Origin: Octopus sinensis
Taxonomy: Eukaryota
Direction: 5' to 3'
Length of the DNA: 64,000 bases
NCBI RefSeq assembly: GCF_006345805.1
Contig: NC_043014.1
Span: 45,260,001-45,324,000 of the forward strand
The position numbers were made by a program, and so were the translations under genes. The notes under the pieces were generated by a model. The model ran no database searches, was not told where the DNA came from, and worked only from the letters and a program-made list of their open reading frames with translations. Positions 51,690 to 64,000 of this stretch are shown here, one piece after another. Positions within the stretch are counted from its first letter, which is position 1, and each line of letters begins with the position of its first letter.

Positions 51690-53187
51690 ATATATATATA
51701 TAAGCCAGACTATTCATTCATTTTTTTATTCATCATCAATATCATTTTTCTTTTGCTTTTTTTTTTATGAACACAAAAAACTCAAGGATATTTTTGTTTG
51801 AACAAATAGAATTATCCAACACATTGTGATATGATCCCTACCATTCATTCTGGTAGAGATCATTATGTGATTATTTTTTTCACTGTGTGAAACCATAGGA
51901 ACTATCTGGGAATAATTGCATCTATGGAAATAATAGAGATAGAAATTGAATGGCTTCCAAACCAGTAAGTCAAAGAAAACTCAACATAATTACATTATTA
52001 TTTTTGAAATATATAAAAGTAGTGAGGTAGCAGAAATGGTAGAGTGCCAGACTAGATACCTTCTAATACTTAGTTTTAAGTTCAAATTCTTCATTGACAT
52101 CAAATATATCCATTCTCTAAAAATATTGGCCGTGAACATAGTGAAAGGAACTTGATTTTCAAAAACATGCATCATAGAGAATCTTCTGAAGAAACTTTTT
52201 TTGCTCATTTTATTTTATTTCCCTAATATTCCTTGTTACTTTTAGACATTTACTTATGAAGGAAAGAACCAAACTTTTTTTGGTACTACAAAGTATAGTG
52301 GAACTAGTTCAAAGGATTTCACATTTGCAGCTCTCATTTGAGCTGTAGTAGGTTAATCTGTATTGAACTGAGATTTTTGACAGAAATATACTAAAGATCC
52401 TAGTAGCTAGTAAATACATTTTTCTGGCAAATGTTACTATTAATTATATAGTTCAGAACAGAGAGAAAGAGTACAAAGCTGAAACTGTGGCTAGAAAAAT
52501 TTGTATTAGAAATATATAATTCAATAGCTCTCAATTTCATGTCTTGGAATTAAAGATATCTTTCTTTCTTTTTATGACCATACACATGCATACATGTTAT
52601 GAGCACACACACACACACACAAACTACCACCACCATCACCAGAAGTAGCTGCAGTAATAGCAGCAGTAGTATTTTAAGCTTGCTTTTCTATGCTAGCATG
52701 AGTTGAATAAGTTTGCTTAAACACAGCATCTTCTTGCCACTTGTTGGGGTCCATTTTTATTTGGCATTTACAACAACAGAAAAAAAGTGCTCATACTTAC
52801 TGTCATATATACCATGTTTCCTTTGATATTATTTCTACAGCTGGATGCCTTTCTTATCCCCAGTATGGACTGGGTGTATTTCATTATGGCACTAGCACAA
52901 GAGGCAAAATAAACATTGGAGGTGTTTTGCTCCATGCAAAAACTACACGAGTTACTCAAAGGTATTGCAAGCTCCTCTGAATTTATTGCATTGTCAGAAA
53001 TCCTTCCATATCATCAGCAGGTATCTCAGGGTCACAAGTGCTTTGCTCCTTAGCATATATGCCTTACCTGAGTGGGGCAGAGAGCATGTCTAAGGCAACA
53101 TTACACTCTCCTCTACCCTACCCTCCATCAGTTTTCATTTATTAGGGTTACTGCTCTCTTAAACTGGTTACTAGTGCTATTGCTGCT

Positions 53188-53560
53188 GATGTTGATGTTG
53201 ATGTTGAGTGAAGCGGTCTTCTGTAGTGAGAGAAGTCCGAAACGTGGTCCTTTGCTATTCGTAAGACCCGCATAAGAGAAAGCAGGTCAACCCCCCCGAC
53301 ACCGCATCAACGGATGGATGAATGCGCATTCAGGCTCTGCGGTTGTGTAGGAAGTCAGGGACAAGAAACAGGAAGAAAGAATGAGAGAAAGTTGGAGCAA
53401 AAGAGTACAACAGGGGTCGCCACCACCCCCTGCCGGAGCCTCGTGGAGCTTTAGGTGTTTTCACTCAATAAACACACACAACGCCCAGTCTGGGAATTGA
53501 AACCGCGATCCTCCGACCTCAAGTCCACTGCCCTAACCATTGGGCCATTGCGCCTCCACT
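53188..53560 (-). mobile_element. Full-length tRNA-derived SINE family E
   Basis: Head agtggaggcgcaatggcccaatggttagg...ggtttcaattccc (A/B boxes), (AACATC)n tail, possible TSD ttgctgct at 53180-53187 and 53565-53572. Confidence 0.85.
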
Positions 53561-56181
53561 GTTGTTGCTGCTTGTGGAGTCCATACCTCTTTTATTTGGT
53601 TCCCTTCCTATCACCAAACACTACACAGTAAGACTGCATGTATTTTATTATGTCTCCAACATTAAAGAAGTTGTCTATAGAAATAGGCTCAGGAACAGAG
53701 GGGTGCAAGTGCACCTGCTAAATTTTTGAGGGACCAATGAAAACATTTTGAACATACTCTTCAAAAACTTCACCAAGACAAACATGCGTAGACACATTTT
53801 TGGACTGATTTCAAACATTACTTTTCCTTTATTAGATTTATCTGATTTAATTGATGTACAAATATAATGATAATTATTATTATTATAACAGTTTTTTATA
53901 TATTAAGATTGAAAAATTTAACTTTGTTTGTAAAAAATGTTGGATGTGAGCTAGCACCCACCAAGCAAATTTCCTTCCTGCACTTATGTCTATAGCAAGA
54001 CTGAAGGCTCTTCACTCTAGCCTGTATCAGTTCTAATACCTAGTTACTACTATCCTATATAGGTTTTGCTGTGAATTTTAGAATACATATCTCTATTGTT
54101 CTTCCTTTTTGGGGATTGAAAATGTTATGTCTTGCAGGTCAAATAAAAAATGATGCCTAGATCATATAGAAACAGCTTGTTTTTAAAATTTTTCTAAATG
54201 TTGCTTGTTGTAAAAACACAAATATACTTGTATCATATACGATAGGCTAAATAGGATTGATTGTGGTTTCAAGGTAAGAGTAGTACCAGCCAGTTTACCT
54301 GCTTTCCTCAACAGCCAAATAAACATTTATTTTTTTGTAACTTTGTCTCTAAGAAATGATTATTCATGTAAATTCTATTGTAACAGCATATGAGACTGTT
54401 GCTCCATTCATTTAGGAAAGTGAAAACATTCTGCTTAACACACAGCTTAAAATATTGCCCCTGGGGAAACATCCTCCTTTTTTTTCACCAAGTGTAAGAA
54501 ACACTTTTTTCTCTGTATTAATATAAGACTGATTCATTTGTAGCCACTATAAAGATAAGAATTTTGCTCTGTTTTTTGATATCATCATCATTATTCAATG
54601 CTTAGCTTCCATGCTGGCATGGTCTGAAAGGTTAGATAGGTTTTGATGACTGATTACTGCATCAAACACCAATATGTATTTTGGCACAGTTTCTATGATT
54701 GGATCTTCTTCGTAACACCAATCACTTTACAGAGTGTACTAGGTGCTTTTTAGAGGCACCAGCCAAGTGATAAATGCTTTAAACTAAGGCCCTAAAAAGG
54801 CTTCTACAACCCTCTCTAGAGTGGGTGATCATCCTAAGCAAAGGAATGAGGGAAAGAGACATGTTATTAGCAAGAGGGTTCAGAAAAAATGGATAGAGTT
54901 GAAAAGGTAATAGGCTGGGGGTGTGTAGGAGGGGAATCTAGGGCAATCCAATATTATAAGGGATGAGTATGGACAGAAAGTGTGTAGGACAGAAGACAGG
55001 AAGGGATCAACAGGCTAGGGTGGAGACCAATCCAGCCAAATTTCATTGTTTATTGACCAAAGAGAGATAAAGAAAACAAAGAATTTTGTATGCGATGTCA
55101 CATATACAATAAAGTTGTTGGAGCAGATGAATGGAATCCACAGGTCAGGTTTTGCCCATGGTTACAGAACCCTGACCTAGATATGCAATGAAACGCCTAC
55201 TGTAGAATCGAACTCAAGATCAAGAAACAAATGGGCCAACACCATATCCTCTTTGCCATTCTCTACTATTATAAATATGCGTTTATATTTGTGTTTCTTT
55301 ACATGTTCAGATATACAAGCAAATACACACATACATATACACACTACTACCGCCCACAAAGAGATTTTATTTTCCTTTAGTAGTAATGTTTGAAGCAACA
55401 GTAGTAGAAGTAGTACTACTAATGATGGTCGTAGTGGTAGTGGTAGTGAGACAGTAGGAGGAAGGTGAATAGGAATAAAACTATTAATTGATATGAAGTA
55501 AAAGTGATAAAATTGTTCGGATTTTGGGAAGAGAAATCTTATCTAGGGTTTTATTTGGAGTAAATGTTGGTATTATTAGATTCTTTTTAATCTTATTTTT
55601 TGCTGCTACTTTTTCTAAGTCACTTTCACAAGACAAATCTATATTTTAAAGCTTTCATTTAAAAAAAAAAAGTCTGAAACTGAGACTACTCTATCTAGCT
55701 AATAACTTGGTTTCTTTCACAAGCATTAGACATCACTCAGACTTATAAGTAATCATATGGAATGTTGTGGTATTCATAACTTTCTCAACGGCATTTGTAA
55801 AGTATGCAACATGAAAATGAGATGTAGGAATCAAAACCAGGTGCCAGAATTTTAATACTTTTTAATGTTTTTTTTTTAAATATTTTTTTTTTGGGGGGTT
55901 TTGGACTCATGCTTGTAAGATTTAACTTTCATTCACAGTTAGTATGGGTTGGGTAGTCCTGAAAATTTAGAAAATTGTAAATGAAATCTAATGATGGTCT
56001 AAGTTGGCAAAAAAATGCTTAACAATTTACTTATAATTTATCTTTTGAAATTGCTTGAAAGAAGCAAGTAAAATGAAGAAGCTAAACACAATAGCAAGTT
56101 ACAATTTGTGGTCTAGCATATTTAGAATCATTTCAAATTACACAGCCTTTGGGCTGATTGATACATACATACATATGCGCA

Positions 56182-56233
<52 letters not shown>

Positions 56234-56236
<3 letters not shown>

Positions 56237-56340
56237 GGTGGTATCAAAAAGTTCCTGGACTAGTTCTGTAGCAACACATGGTTACATGTACAGTGAGAGC
56301 TAGCAGTGACCTTCATGAGGCAGTGTGCCAAGTGGCATCA
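56234..56340 (+). mobile_element. Mariner-like terminal fragment
   Basis: caaggtggtatcaaaaagttcctggact resembles mariner TIRs (recalled consensus CGAGGG.GTATCAAAAAGTTCC.GGACT); no partner end was seen. Confidence 0.5.
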
Positions 56341-56359
56341 CTGTATTTACTTCCCAAGT

Positions 56360-56478
56360 TGGGGCAACGTGAAATGAAGTGTTTTGCTCAAGAACACAAC
56401 GCATCAACCGGTCCAGAAATTGAAACTACAATCTTACAATCATGAGTCCAAAACCCAAACCACTAAGCCATGTGCCTT
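56360..56478 (-). mobile_element. SINE family H head
   Basis: Reverse complement of the tRNA-like head seen at ~11370. Confidence 0.7.
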
Positions 56479-56599
56479 CAGTACTTGAGTATATAGCATG
56501 TTGAAAATATAAGGTTAAGCCATAAGACAGGCAACTAAGTAAGCCTAGTTCACAACAGAGATAAGTTATGTAATGTGAATTAATGGTATAGAGAAAAAA

Positions 56600-56780
56600 A
56601 TCATTAGCAAATGGTGCCAGTATAGAGGTAGACCAATAAAAACTTTGGAGGAAGTAATATAGTGAGGCAATAAAATTTTAAGTCTCAAAGATGACAATGG
56701 CTTGAGGTGTAGTGTAATATCCCATATCAATTCAATCAATAACAGCATGGAAAACAGATATAAAATGATAATGATGGTTA
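56600..56780 (+). mobile_element. RTE-clade LINE 3' end remnant
   Basis: RGRPIKTLEEVI at 56623 matches the RTE C-terminal motif RGRPxKTW; followed by cagcatggaaaacagatataaaatgataatgatg. Confidence 0.6.
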
Positions 56781-56807
56781 TGAAAAAGATAACAATAACA
56801 GCAGAAG

Positions 56808-56839
<32 letters not shown>

Positions 56840-57611
56840 GTGGTGGTAGTGTAGTGGTGGTAGTGGTAGTGGTGGTGGTGGTGATGATGATGACAATGAC
56901 GACAACAGTCATAATGCCAATAATAATAATCGTGATGACTGATGAAATATTGTTAATAGTTACCTGAACAATTTTTTTTTTTTTTTTGTGTGTTGATTAG
57001 ATATATCTTATTTATTTAATCACTTACTTACGAACAAAAAAAAATATAGAAAATTTACAGCTTCTAATCTATAGAATCTATATACTACAACTACTATTAT
57101 GGCTGTTAGAGAAGAGAATATTTCAGAAATTTACAAAATAATGTCTTTTACCCAACAATCATTATTATTCCTGTGGCCCACTCAATGGCTGACAACATTT
57201 TACCATGCTATGCTAATCTTTACTTGGAATGAAACTCTTTACAAACAGCTCATATCATCTACATTTCCACATTCCAATAATTGTCAACATTTCAAAGCTA
57301 AAAAAAGATGAGATGCTGCTACCATATCATTTTAACTATTGGCTCACCATTTCATTCCTTCACAATATCTATTTAAAAAGATTGCTAAATTTTTCACTAG
57401 AAAAATGTTACTTTACAAAACAACAACTGCTTCTGAGCTAAATGTTATTTTCAGTTATACCATGTGTGTATGTGCATGTGTGCATGCACATGCATGTGTC
57501 AGTATGTGCACATGTGTGAGTCTAGAGATATATTTTAATGTTGATACATATAGATATATATACACACACACATAACTCCAACACATTACCTACATGTATG
57601 GTTTATATGTG

Positions 57612-57658
<47 letters not shown>

Positions 57659-57835
57659 TGGTAGATTTCATCCACTACCCAATGTAATACTACCACCTAG
57701 CTTCTTAGGTGCCTATAGCAAAGTCTACTATATTGCAAGCATTTAGGCCAGGTTTCCAGTTTGAGGAGTCCTTCCTCCCTCCCTCCCACCCAACAATCTC
57801 AAAGACCCTGTAAAGAGTCATGGTCCTTGCCCTCC

Positions 57836-58508
57836 CAGATCTTTTCAGTTTGGCTGCCAATTTTCGAAAATTCAAAGTTTATTGAAAATTTTAAAATTTG
57901 GTACATTAATGTAGTTTTCCAAGCTAAATTTCAGGAGATATTTCACTTATTCTAGAAAAATGTTTTCAAAAAGTTATAGAGATTTGAAGTTTGATCATTT
58001 TCACACAGTCAGAAAACAGGATCTGGAAGTTGTCATTTTGTGCGTAACTGCACATTTTATCAACATCCTGAAAATAGTACTTGTTAATACAAAACAGATC
58101 AGCGAAATATCCAAATAGAAAGGTAAAAATTTCCAAAACTATAGGTACAAACAGCAGAACACAGTGTCAACATGTGTCTTCGCATAGAATATATTTGTCA
58201 ACACATCTACATAGAATATATTCCTTGCAGTCACAGATAAAAGAGTTCTCATGTTCATATACAAAAGAGTTCTCCAGTCACAGACAAAAGAGTTCTACTA
58301 CGGAAACAGACATGAATATGTCTATGGTTTATGATTGGTGAAAATTAACAAAAATTTGCAAATTTTAAAACACTTTATTTATTGATTTATTGTGAATATG
58401 AATTTCAAAGCAGTGATTAGCATATAAAACCATATCACACCGAATATGAAATCAATTTGAACAGGAATTGAAGAGATTGAAAATTGGCAGCCAAACTGAA
58501 AAGATCTG
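57836..58508. mobile_element. Non-autonomous TIR DNA transposon (673 bp), 30-bp TIR, 10-bp TSD
   Basis: Perfect TIR cagatcttttcagtttggctgccaattttc at 57836-57865 and 58479-58508; TSD cttgccctcc (57826-57835) versus ctttccctcc (58509-58518); internal short direct repeats (aaaagagttct x3). Confidence 0.88.
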
Positions 58509-58652
58509 CTTTCCCTCCAGATAAAATGTGCATGTGTGTATGAAGATATCTGTACATATATATATATATATATATATATAATATCCATGCATTCAAATAT
58601 ACACTCATACATACACAACTAATACATACATGAGATTATATCTCAAAAATAT

Positions 58653-59353
58653 ATCCAATCTGAAATATTGGTTTCAAAATTTGGAACAAGGCCAACAATC
58701 TTAGGAGCAGGGCAAGTCAAATATATCAAGCCCAGTGCTTAGCTGGTACTTATTTTAATGACCTTGAAAGAATGAAAGGCAGAGTCAACCTCAGCAGAAT
58801 TTGAACTCAAAACATAAATAGCTGGAAGAAATACTGCTAAGCATTTTGCCTGGTGCAATAACAATTCTGCCAGCTTGCTGCCTAAATCTAATCTGAAATA
58901 GTTTAAAATTTTTACACAAGGCCAGCAATTTTGAGAAAGTGGGTAAGTTGATTATATCAACCCAAGTGCTTAACTAGTACTTATTTTATCTTCCCTAAAA
59001 GAATGAAAGGCAAAGTCAACCACAGCAGAATTTGGACTCAGAACGTAAAGACAGGAAAAATACCACTAAGCACTTCACCTGGCATGCTAACGATTCTACC
59101 TGCTTACTGCTTTAATCCAGTCTGAAATATCAGTTTCAAATCTTGCCACAAAAGCAGCAATTTTGGGGGAGGGGCATGAGTCGATTACATCGACCCCAGT
59201 GTTCAACTGGTACTTATTTTATAAACCTCAGAAGAATGAAAGGCAAAGTTGACCTTGGCAGAATTTGAACTCAGAATGTGAAGACAGATGAAATGCTACT
59301 AAGCATTTTCCCTGGCATGCTAACGATTCTGCCAGTTCATAAAATCTAAAATA
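58653..59353 (-). mobile_element. Head-to-tail array of three family B (B2) SINEs
   Basis: Units ~58668-58883, ~58901-59112 and ~59130-59338, with a spacer atcYaRtctgaaata at 58653, 58886 and 59115. Confidence 0.88.
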
Positions 59354-59454
59354 TTACAATGTAAAACATAAACTTCAGAAATAACTATTTTGACTTAAAG
59401 TATTGTAATGCTTATTGATCCAAATTTAATGACCCACCACCACCAGATGTTAGT

Positions 59455-59763
59455 CACAGTGGAGGCACATGGCCTAGTGGTTAGAGCAGCGGACTCGCAG
59501 TCGAGGGGTCGCGGGTTCAAATCTCAGACCGGGCGGTGTGTGTGTTTATGAGCAAAATACCTAAGCTCCATGAGGCTCCGGCAGAAGGTAATGGCAAACC
59601 TCTGCTGACACTTTCGCCACAACTTTCTCTCACTCTTTCCTCCTGCATCTTGCAGCTCACCTGCGACGGAGCGGCGTCCTGTCCAGGTGGGGAACCTATA
59701 TGCCAAGAAACCGGGAAACCGGCCCTTATGAGCCAGGCATGGCTCGAGAAGGAACAAACAACA
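59455..59763 (+). mobile_element. Full-length tRNA-derived SINE family D with 13-bp TSD
   Basis: A-box TGGCCTAGTGG at 59470-59480, B-box GGTTCAAATCT at 59514-59524, (AAC)n tail, TSD accagatgttagt at 59442-59454 and 59764-59776. Confidence 0.92.
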
Positions 59764-60654
59764 ACCAGATGTTAGTGCCAACATCATGACAAAGTTTACC
59801 TACTAGAATTCACTGAACTCTAGATATCACTGAAATCAAAATCAAAATGTTACTGCCAACTGTCGATAGAAACAGTTGTAAATACTTAACTTTAGAGCAT
59901 GCAAATTTTTTGCTTCTTTACTCAAATATGAGGCTCAAAACTAGAAAACTAGTCGTCTCACTCCAGAATTTTCAAAGTCCTGTTTCTCCTTATCCAACCA
60001 ACATGAAATAAACATCCTTGTTCAGAAAACTATTACTAATGTTTTATTATCATCATCATTATTGTAGTGACATCATCATCTTTGCTGCAGTCTTTGCCTG
60101 GTTGAATCAATAGAATTCAAGACTAACAGCTGAAGAGTCAGCAGGTCATATTCTATCACCAGCTCTGATCTGCATCCTCATCAAAATGCTTCACTTTCAG
60201 ATGGTCAGTCTGCTAAGCTCTAAGTAGGTATTACTTGTTATACACTAACTACTCTAAGCACTGAGAGCACTGTTTAATTAATGTTTCATTAGTTTGTACT
60301 ATGCATTCTTGGCAAGGGATGTACTCTTCAAGGGTGACATTCTTTAAATACACTAGATACGGAAGAAATGTTCAGTAATGAATTTCAAGATTACATTCAA
60401 ATCTTTAGATGACTATCTTCTATATCACTGTATACAAAATTTTCCAAGAATATTAGTAAGTAAATTCTATTAATGACTTAAATAAATAGTAATGGTAATT
60501 AAGCTAAGAACTAGAGATAATGCATTGCAGTTTTCAATTAAGTATTACTCTTTCTGTGTTCAAAATCCGTTAGTGTTGCTTCTTTGCATTTCTGATGTGT
60601 TGGAAAATTAATGTCAGTAATAAACTGGAGTCAATAAGCTATAGTATCTCTTTT

Positions 60655-60707
<53 letters not shown>

Positions 60708-61947
60708 TATATATACAATAACCACAAAAATCCCTAATTCTAATTGGAAAAAAAAAAAAGAATTAAAAGAATCATGATATATATGATGTATACTAAGTAT
60801 GAGAGTAAACAAAAAAGATCAACCAAATGCCCAAAGCCAGAAAATATATTTAAATAATACGACACCTAAATGGTAGGTTAGAAGTCTATGTCAACACAAT
60901 ATTTCTTTACAAAACTCATTTACCTAATGGATAAAACTTGCTCTATTTTCATTATGTAAAATAATAATTCATAAAGCAGTATCCCTAAAAAAATGGTCTT
61001 CTTCAATATTCCCATATAAACTGATAGCAAGCAATAAGTCTGAAATAGATTCCTGGCAACTTGATATCAAAAGTAGTTTTCTCATGTAGACAGAAATGTC
61101 TCTCAATGGTCATTTTTTTTTTTTAAATCATACAGATAGGATGAAATTTATAATTCATAAACATCATATTCAGTACAACAATACTATCGACAACAACAGC
61201 ACAACAAAAATTATTCCCTTCAGGAGCTAGCTATTCAGTTGCCCTTTCATTTAGTGTATTGCTTTGCCAGTTTTTAAACATTCTTTTTTTTTATTCCTAT
61301 ATTTATTGATGATTTCTTAAATTACTCATATATCTAGTAATATAAATAAATAAAAATAGCATTTTGCTATTAAGATGAACCACAGCTTATATAATTATTG
61401 GTGACATACAGACAGTGATACTGATGTTTTCATTTCGAGTTCTATTCAAAAGTTAAATATAGTATTTATTCCTAAACTTTATTGAATTTACCACACATAC
61501 CAGTATATACATCCACTCCTTATTTGATTGTCTCAGCAATATAAAATGCCATACTAAAGGAGTAAATCCTAATATTGTTTTCCTGTTACTTCAATGCAGT
61601 TAGAATTCAGTAAATTGATTTTACTGAGTCAAATCTAATATTGTACATGGTTTACAAAATATTAAGAGAGAGCAGTTCCTGGTATATACATAAAAGAAAA
61701 GGCTAAAGCTCCAGAACATCAGTAAATAATTCTTTGAAATAGAATTGATGAATGCCCTTCCTTGCATCATTTAATATGTAAATTATAAGCTACTAACCAA
61801 TATAGTTTTATAATAATGTTATAAGAGTCATACTAGAATAGATAAACTTCATGTTACATCAAGAAACCAAGCCTTTTATGTATTTGTACAGGTCTCCAAT
61901 AAATTATAAACATATATACTCATAATTCTGAAAGAAAATTAACTATT

Positions 61948-62119
61948 AGGCGCAGGAGTGGGTGTGTGGTAAGTAGCTTGCTTACCAACCACATGGTTCT
62001 GGGTTCGGTCCCACTGCATGGCACCTTGGACAAGTGTCTTCTACTATAGCTTCGGGCCGACCAAAGCCTTGTGAGTGGATTTGGTAGACGGAAACTGAAA
62101 GAAGCCCGTCGTATATATG

Positions 62120-62174
<55 letters not shown>

Positions 62175-62384
62175 TAGTGTGTCTGTGTTTGTCCCCCCCA
62201 ACATCGCTTGACAACCAAAGCTGGTGTGTTTATGTCCCCGTAAATTAGCGGTTCGGCAAAAAGAGACCAATAGAATAAGTACTAGGCTTACAAAGAATAA
62301 GTCCTGGGGTTGATTTGCTCGACTAAAGGCGGTGCCCCAGCATGGCTGCAGTCAAATGACTGAAACAAGTAAAAGAGTAAAGAG
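61948..62384 (+). mobile_element. Full-length SINE family C
   Basis: Matches 9088-9506; probable TSD attaacta at 61938-61945 and 62385-62392. Confidence 0.92.
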
Positions 62385-62693
62385 ATTAACTACATACATC
62401 ATAGTATGATGGTCTATAAATAGAAAGTTGTATATGTAAAAGATAAAAGGCCAGCATGAATAGCCAGAAAAAAAGTTAGTAATGTCTAACAAATGAACTA
62501 ATTGAGTCTGCTCTACTATTCTCTCAGTATATTGCTTAGCAGTTTCTGAACTCAAATATTTCTTCTGATTTATCCAAAGTAGCCAAGAAGGTGACCAATA
62601 CCATATTTGGCTATGTCACTTCAGATCAATGACCTGACCAAATCTCTCACCACCAACCCCCAGAGGTTTACTCAGCAGCTTCATACTGCAACC

Positions 62694-62911
62694 TTAACCC
62701 TATAGTGTTCGCATTATTCTGCCAAAATTAATGCTCTTTTATCCAAATTGTTTTGAACTAATCATGCATTATCTTGTAGCTATGAGATTTTGATGAGGTA
62801 GCTATTAATTTTTAAAACAATATTGTAGGGATGGTGTGAGAGGCCACATCCAGCCAGTTTGACCATAAAACAGGCAGAATACTTTTGGCCGGATATGGCC
62901 GGTTTAAATAC
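62694..62911. mobile_element. piggyBac-type MITE (F2), right TIR lost
   Basis: Aligns to 50753-50983. Confidence 0.78.
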
Positions 62912-63141
62912 AAATAACATTATCTGCAACAATTAGAAGACAACTAACATTTCCAATGGGGCCACATTGACATACCCTTGAAATGCCTACAAGATGACCA
63001 CAAAAATGTCTTTGTACATCACATGGTTGCAAAATTCCCTTCCACACATATTGCTGATGGCTCTCCTAGTTTCTAGTCAAGAGTGCTTCTACTAACTTTC
63101 ATAATCTTCCTACACACTGTTTCACATCCAAGATTACTTTG

Positions 63142-63371
63142 TTAATCCTTTAGCGTTTAAACCAGCCAAATCCGGCTCAAATATTTTACATGTTTTACAT
63201 TCAAAAGGCCATATTTAACCTCTCACACCTAACCTACACTAACATTCTGAAAATAAATAATCACATCATTGAAACCTCAAAGCTATGACATAATGCATAA
63301 TTAATTCAGAACAGTTTGAATAAAAAAAAGTATTACATTTCACAGAATAACCTGAACACTTAAAGGGTTAA
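63142..63371. mobile_element. piggyBac-type MITE (F2), inverted relative to 62694
   Basis: TTAA flanks; aligns to 35395-35615. Confidence 0.82.
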
Positions 63372-63669
63372 ACATCACTCCTAAAGCTAAAGCCATATAT
63401 TTCCTGCTTGTTTTACTCCCTAGTCCACATTACGCACACAAAAGTAAAAGTTATCCAGAAGTCACTCTTTCAACTCCACTTGTCTCACCATCATATGCAT
63501 ATACTTCAAACAGACACTCTTGAGACATAACAAGTACTCACCAAACTCTCCAGTCTATCTGTCTCTGGAGATTTACCATACATTAATGATATCTCGAAAT
63601 CTAAGTCAGTAAGGCAACTTTGAGCAGGTTAAGTGATTACATGGAAATTATTTAGCTTATTCCCTCCTG

Positions 63670-64000
63670 TTATGACTCCTAGCTCCAAGGGAGTCTCTAC
63701 ATGGTCGTTTAAACTGCTGGAAATAGCAGCCAAGTCTACCTTAAAATACTTCTTGCTGTCTAAAAAAGAAAAAAACACCCTCGGGTATGCAATACTACAT
63801 ATGTTATACCTTAGGGTTAGGTTAGGGTTAGGGTTAGGGTTGGTCATGGCTAGAGTGCTTTTAATTACATGTCTGCTTAACCAAAGCTGACCTAGGGCTA
63901 AGCAACAGTTTACATCTATGCTTGAGAAAAGCATGAACCTCACACAGTTTCATATCCCTTGCTCCTAGTTTCAAGGGAGTTTCTACATGGTCATTTAAAC
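63670..64000 (+). mobile_element. Family G copy (~63670-63906) plus the start of a second copy (~63960-64000)
   Basis: ctcctagYtYcaagggagtYtctacatggtcRtttaaac occurs twice; the first copy ends gctgacctagggctaagcaac. Confidence 0.75.
63811..63842 (+). repeat. Interstitial telomeric repeat (TTAGGG)n
   Basis: TTAGGG TTAGG TTAGGG TTAGGG TTAGGG TTGG read directly. Confidence 0.9.

Noticed and set aside
53215-53255. GTCCGAAACGT motif in SINE E resembling a ribozyme 3' half
   Set aside because: No valid core upstream, and position 17 would be G.
58653-59353. CRISPR-like repeat/spacer periodicity
   Set aside because: Eukaryotic context; the long units are homologous SINEs rather than unique spacers, and there are no cas genes.
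59458-59530. tRNA gene
   Set aside because: A/B boxes are present, but the cloverleaf is incomplete and continues into a SINE body with tail and TSD. The same applies to the other SINE heads.

Overview
Eukaryotic, AT-rich, microsatellite-dense non-coding DNA. It is probably intronic or intergenic sequence from a cephalopod (Octopus-like); this is inferred from recalled SINE families and TTAGGG repeats and was not verified. I could not recognise any host protein-coding exon, and most listed ORFs are artefacts of simple repeats or SINEs. The window is mostly mobile-element debris: at least six SINE-like families (labelled A, B, C, D/E, G, H here), TTAA-flanked piggyBac-type MITEs, a non-autonomous Helitron, a decayed DD37D (maT) transposase, CR1/Jockey-type and RTE LINE fragments, and an element with 30-bp TIRs and a 10-bp TSD. 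The most notable signal is a set of (TA)n-embedded, Penelope-like fragments carrying type I hammerhead ribozyme folds. (1) A ~2.8-kb near-perfect palindrome (30781-33590, 6-nt loop) carries an identical near-canonical hammerhead near each outer end, on opposite strands. (2) A hammerhead at 39804-39853 has a compensatory G3-C8 core swap and a palindromic dimer-type stem III. (3) A third family lies at 5220-5282. Other points of interest are a candidate recursive-splice/54-nt exon on the minus strand, two telomere-repeat patches that replace sequence inside transposons, and further fold-back elements.
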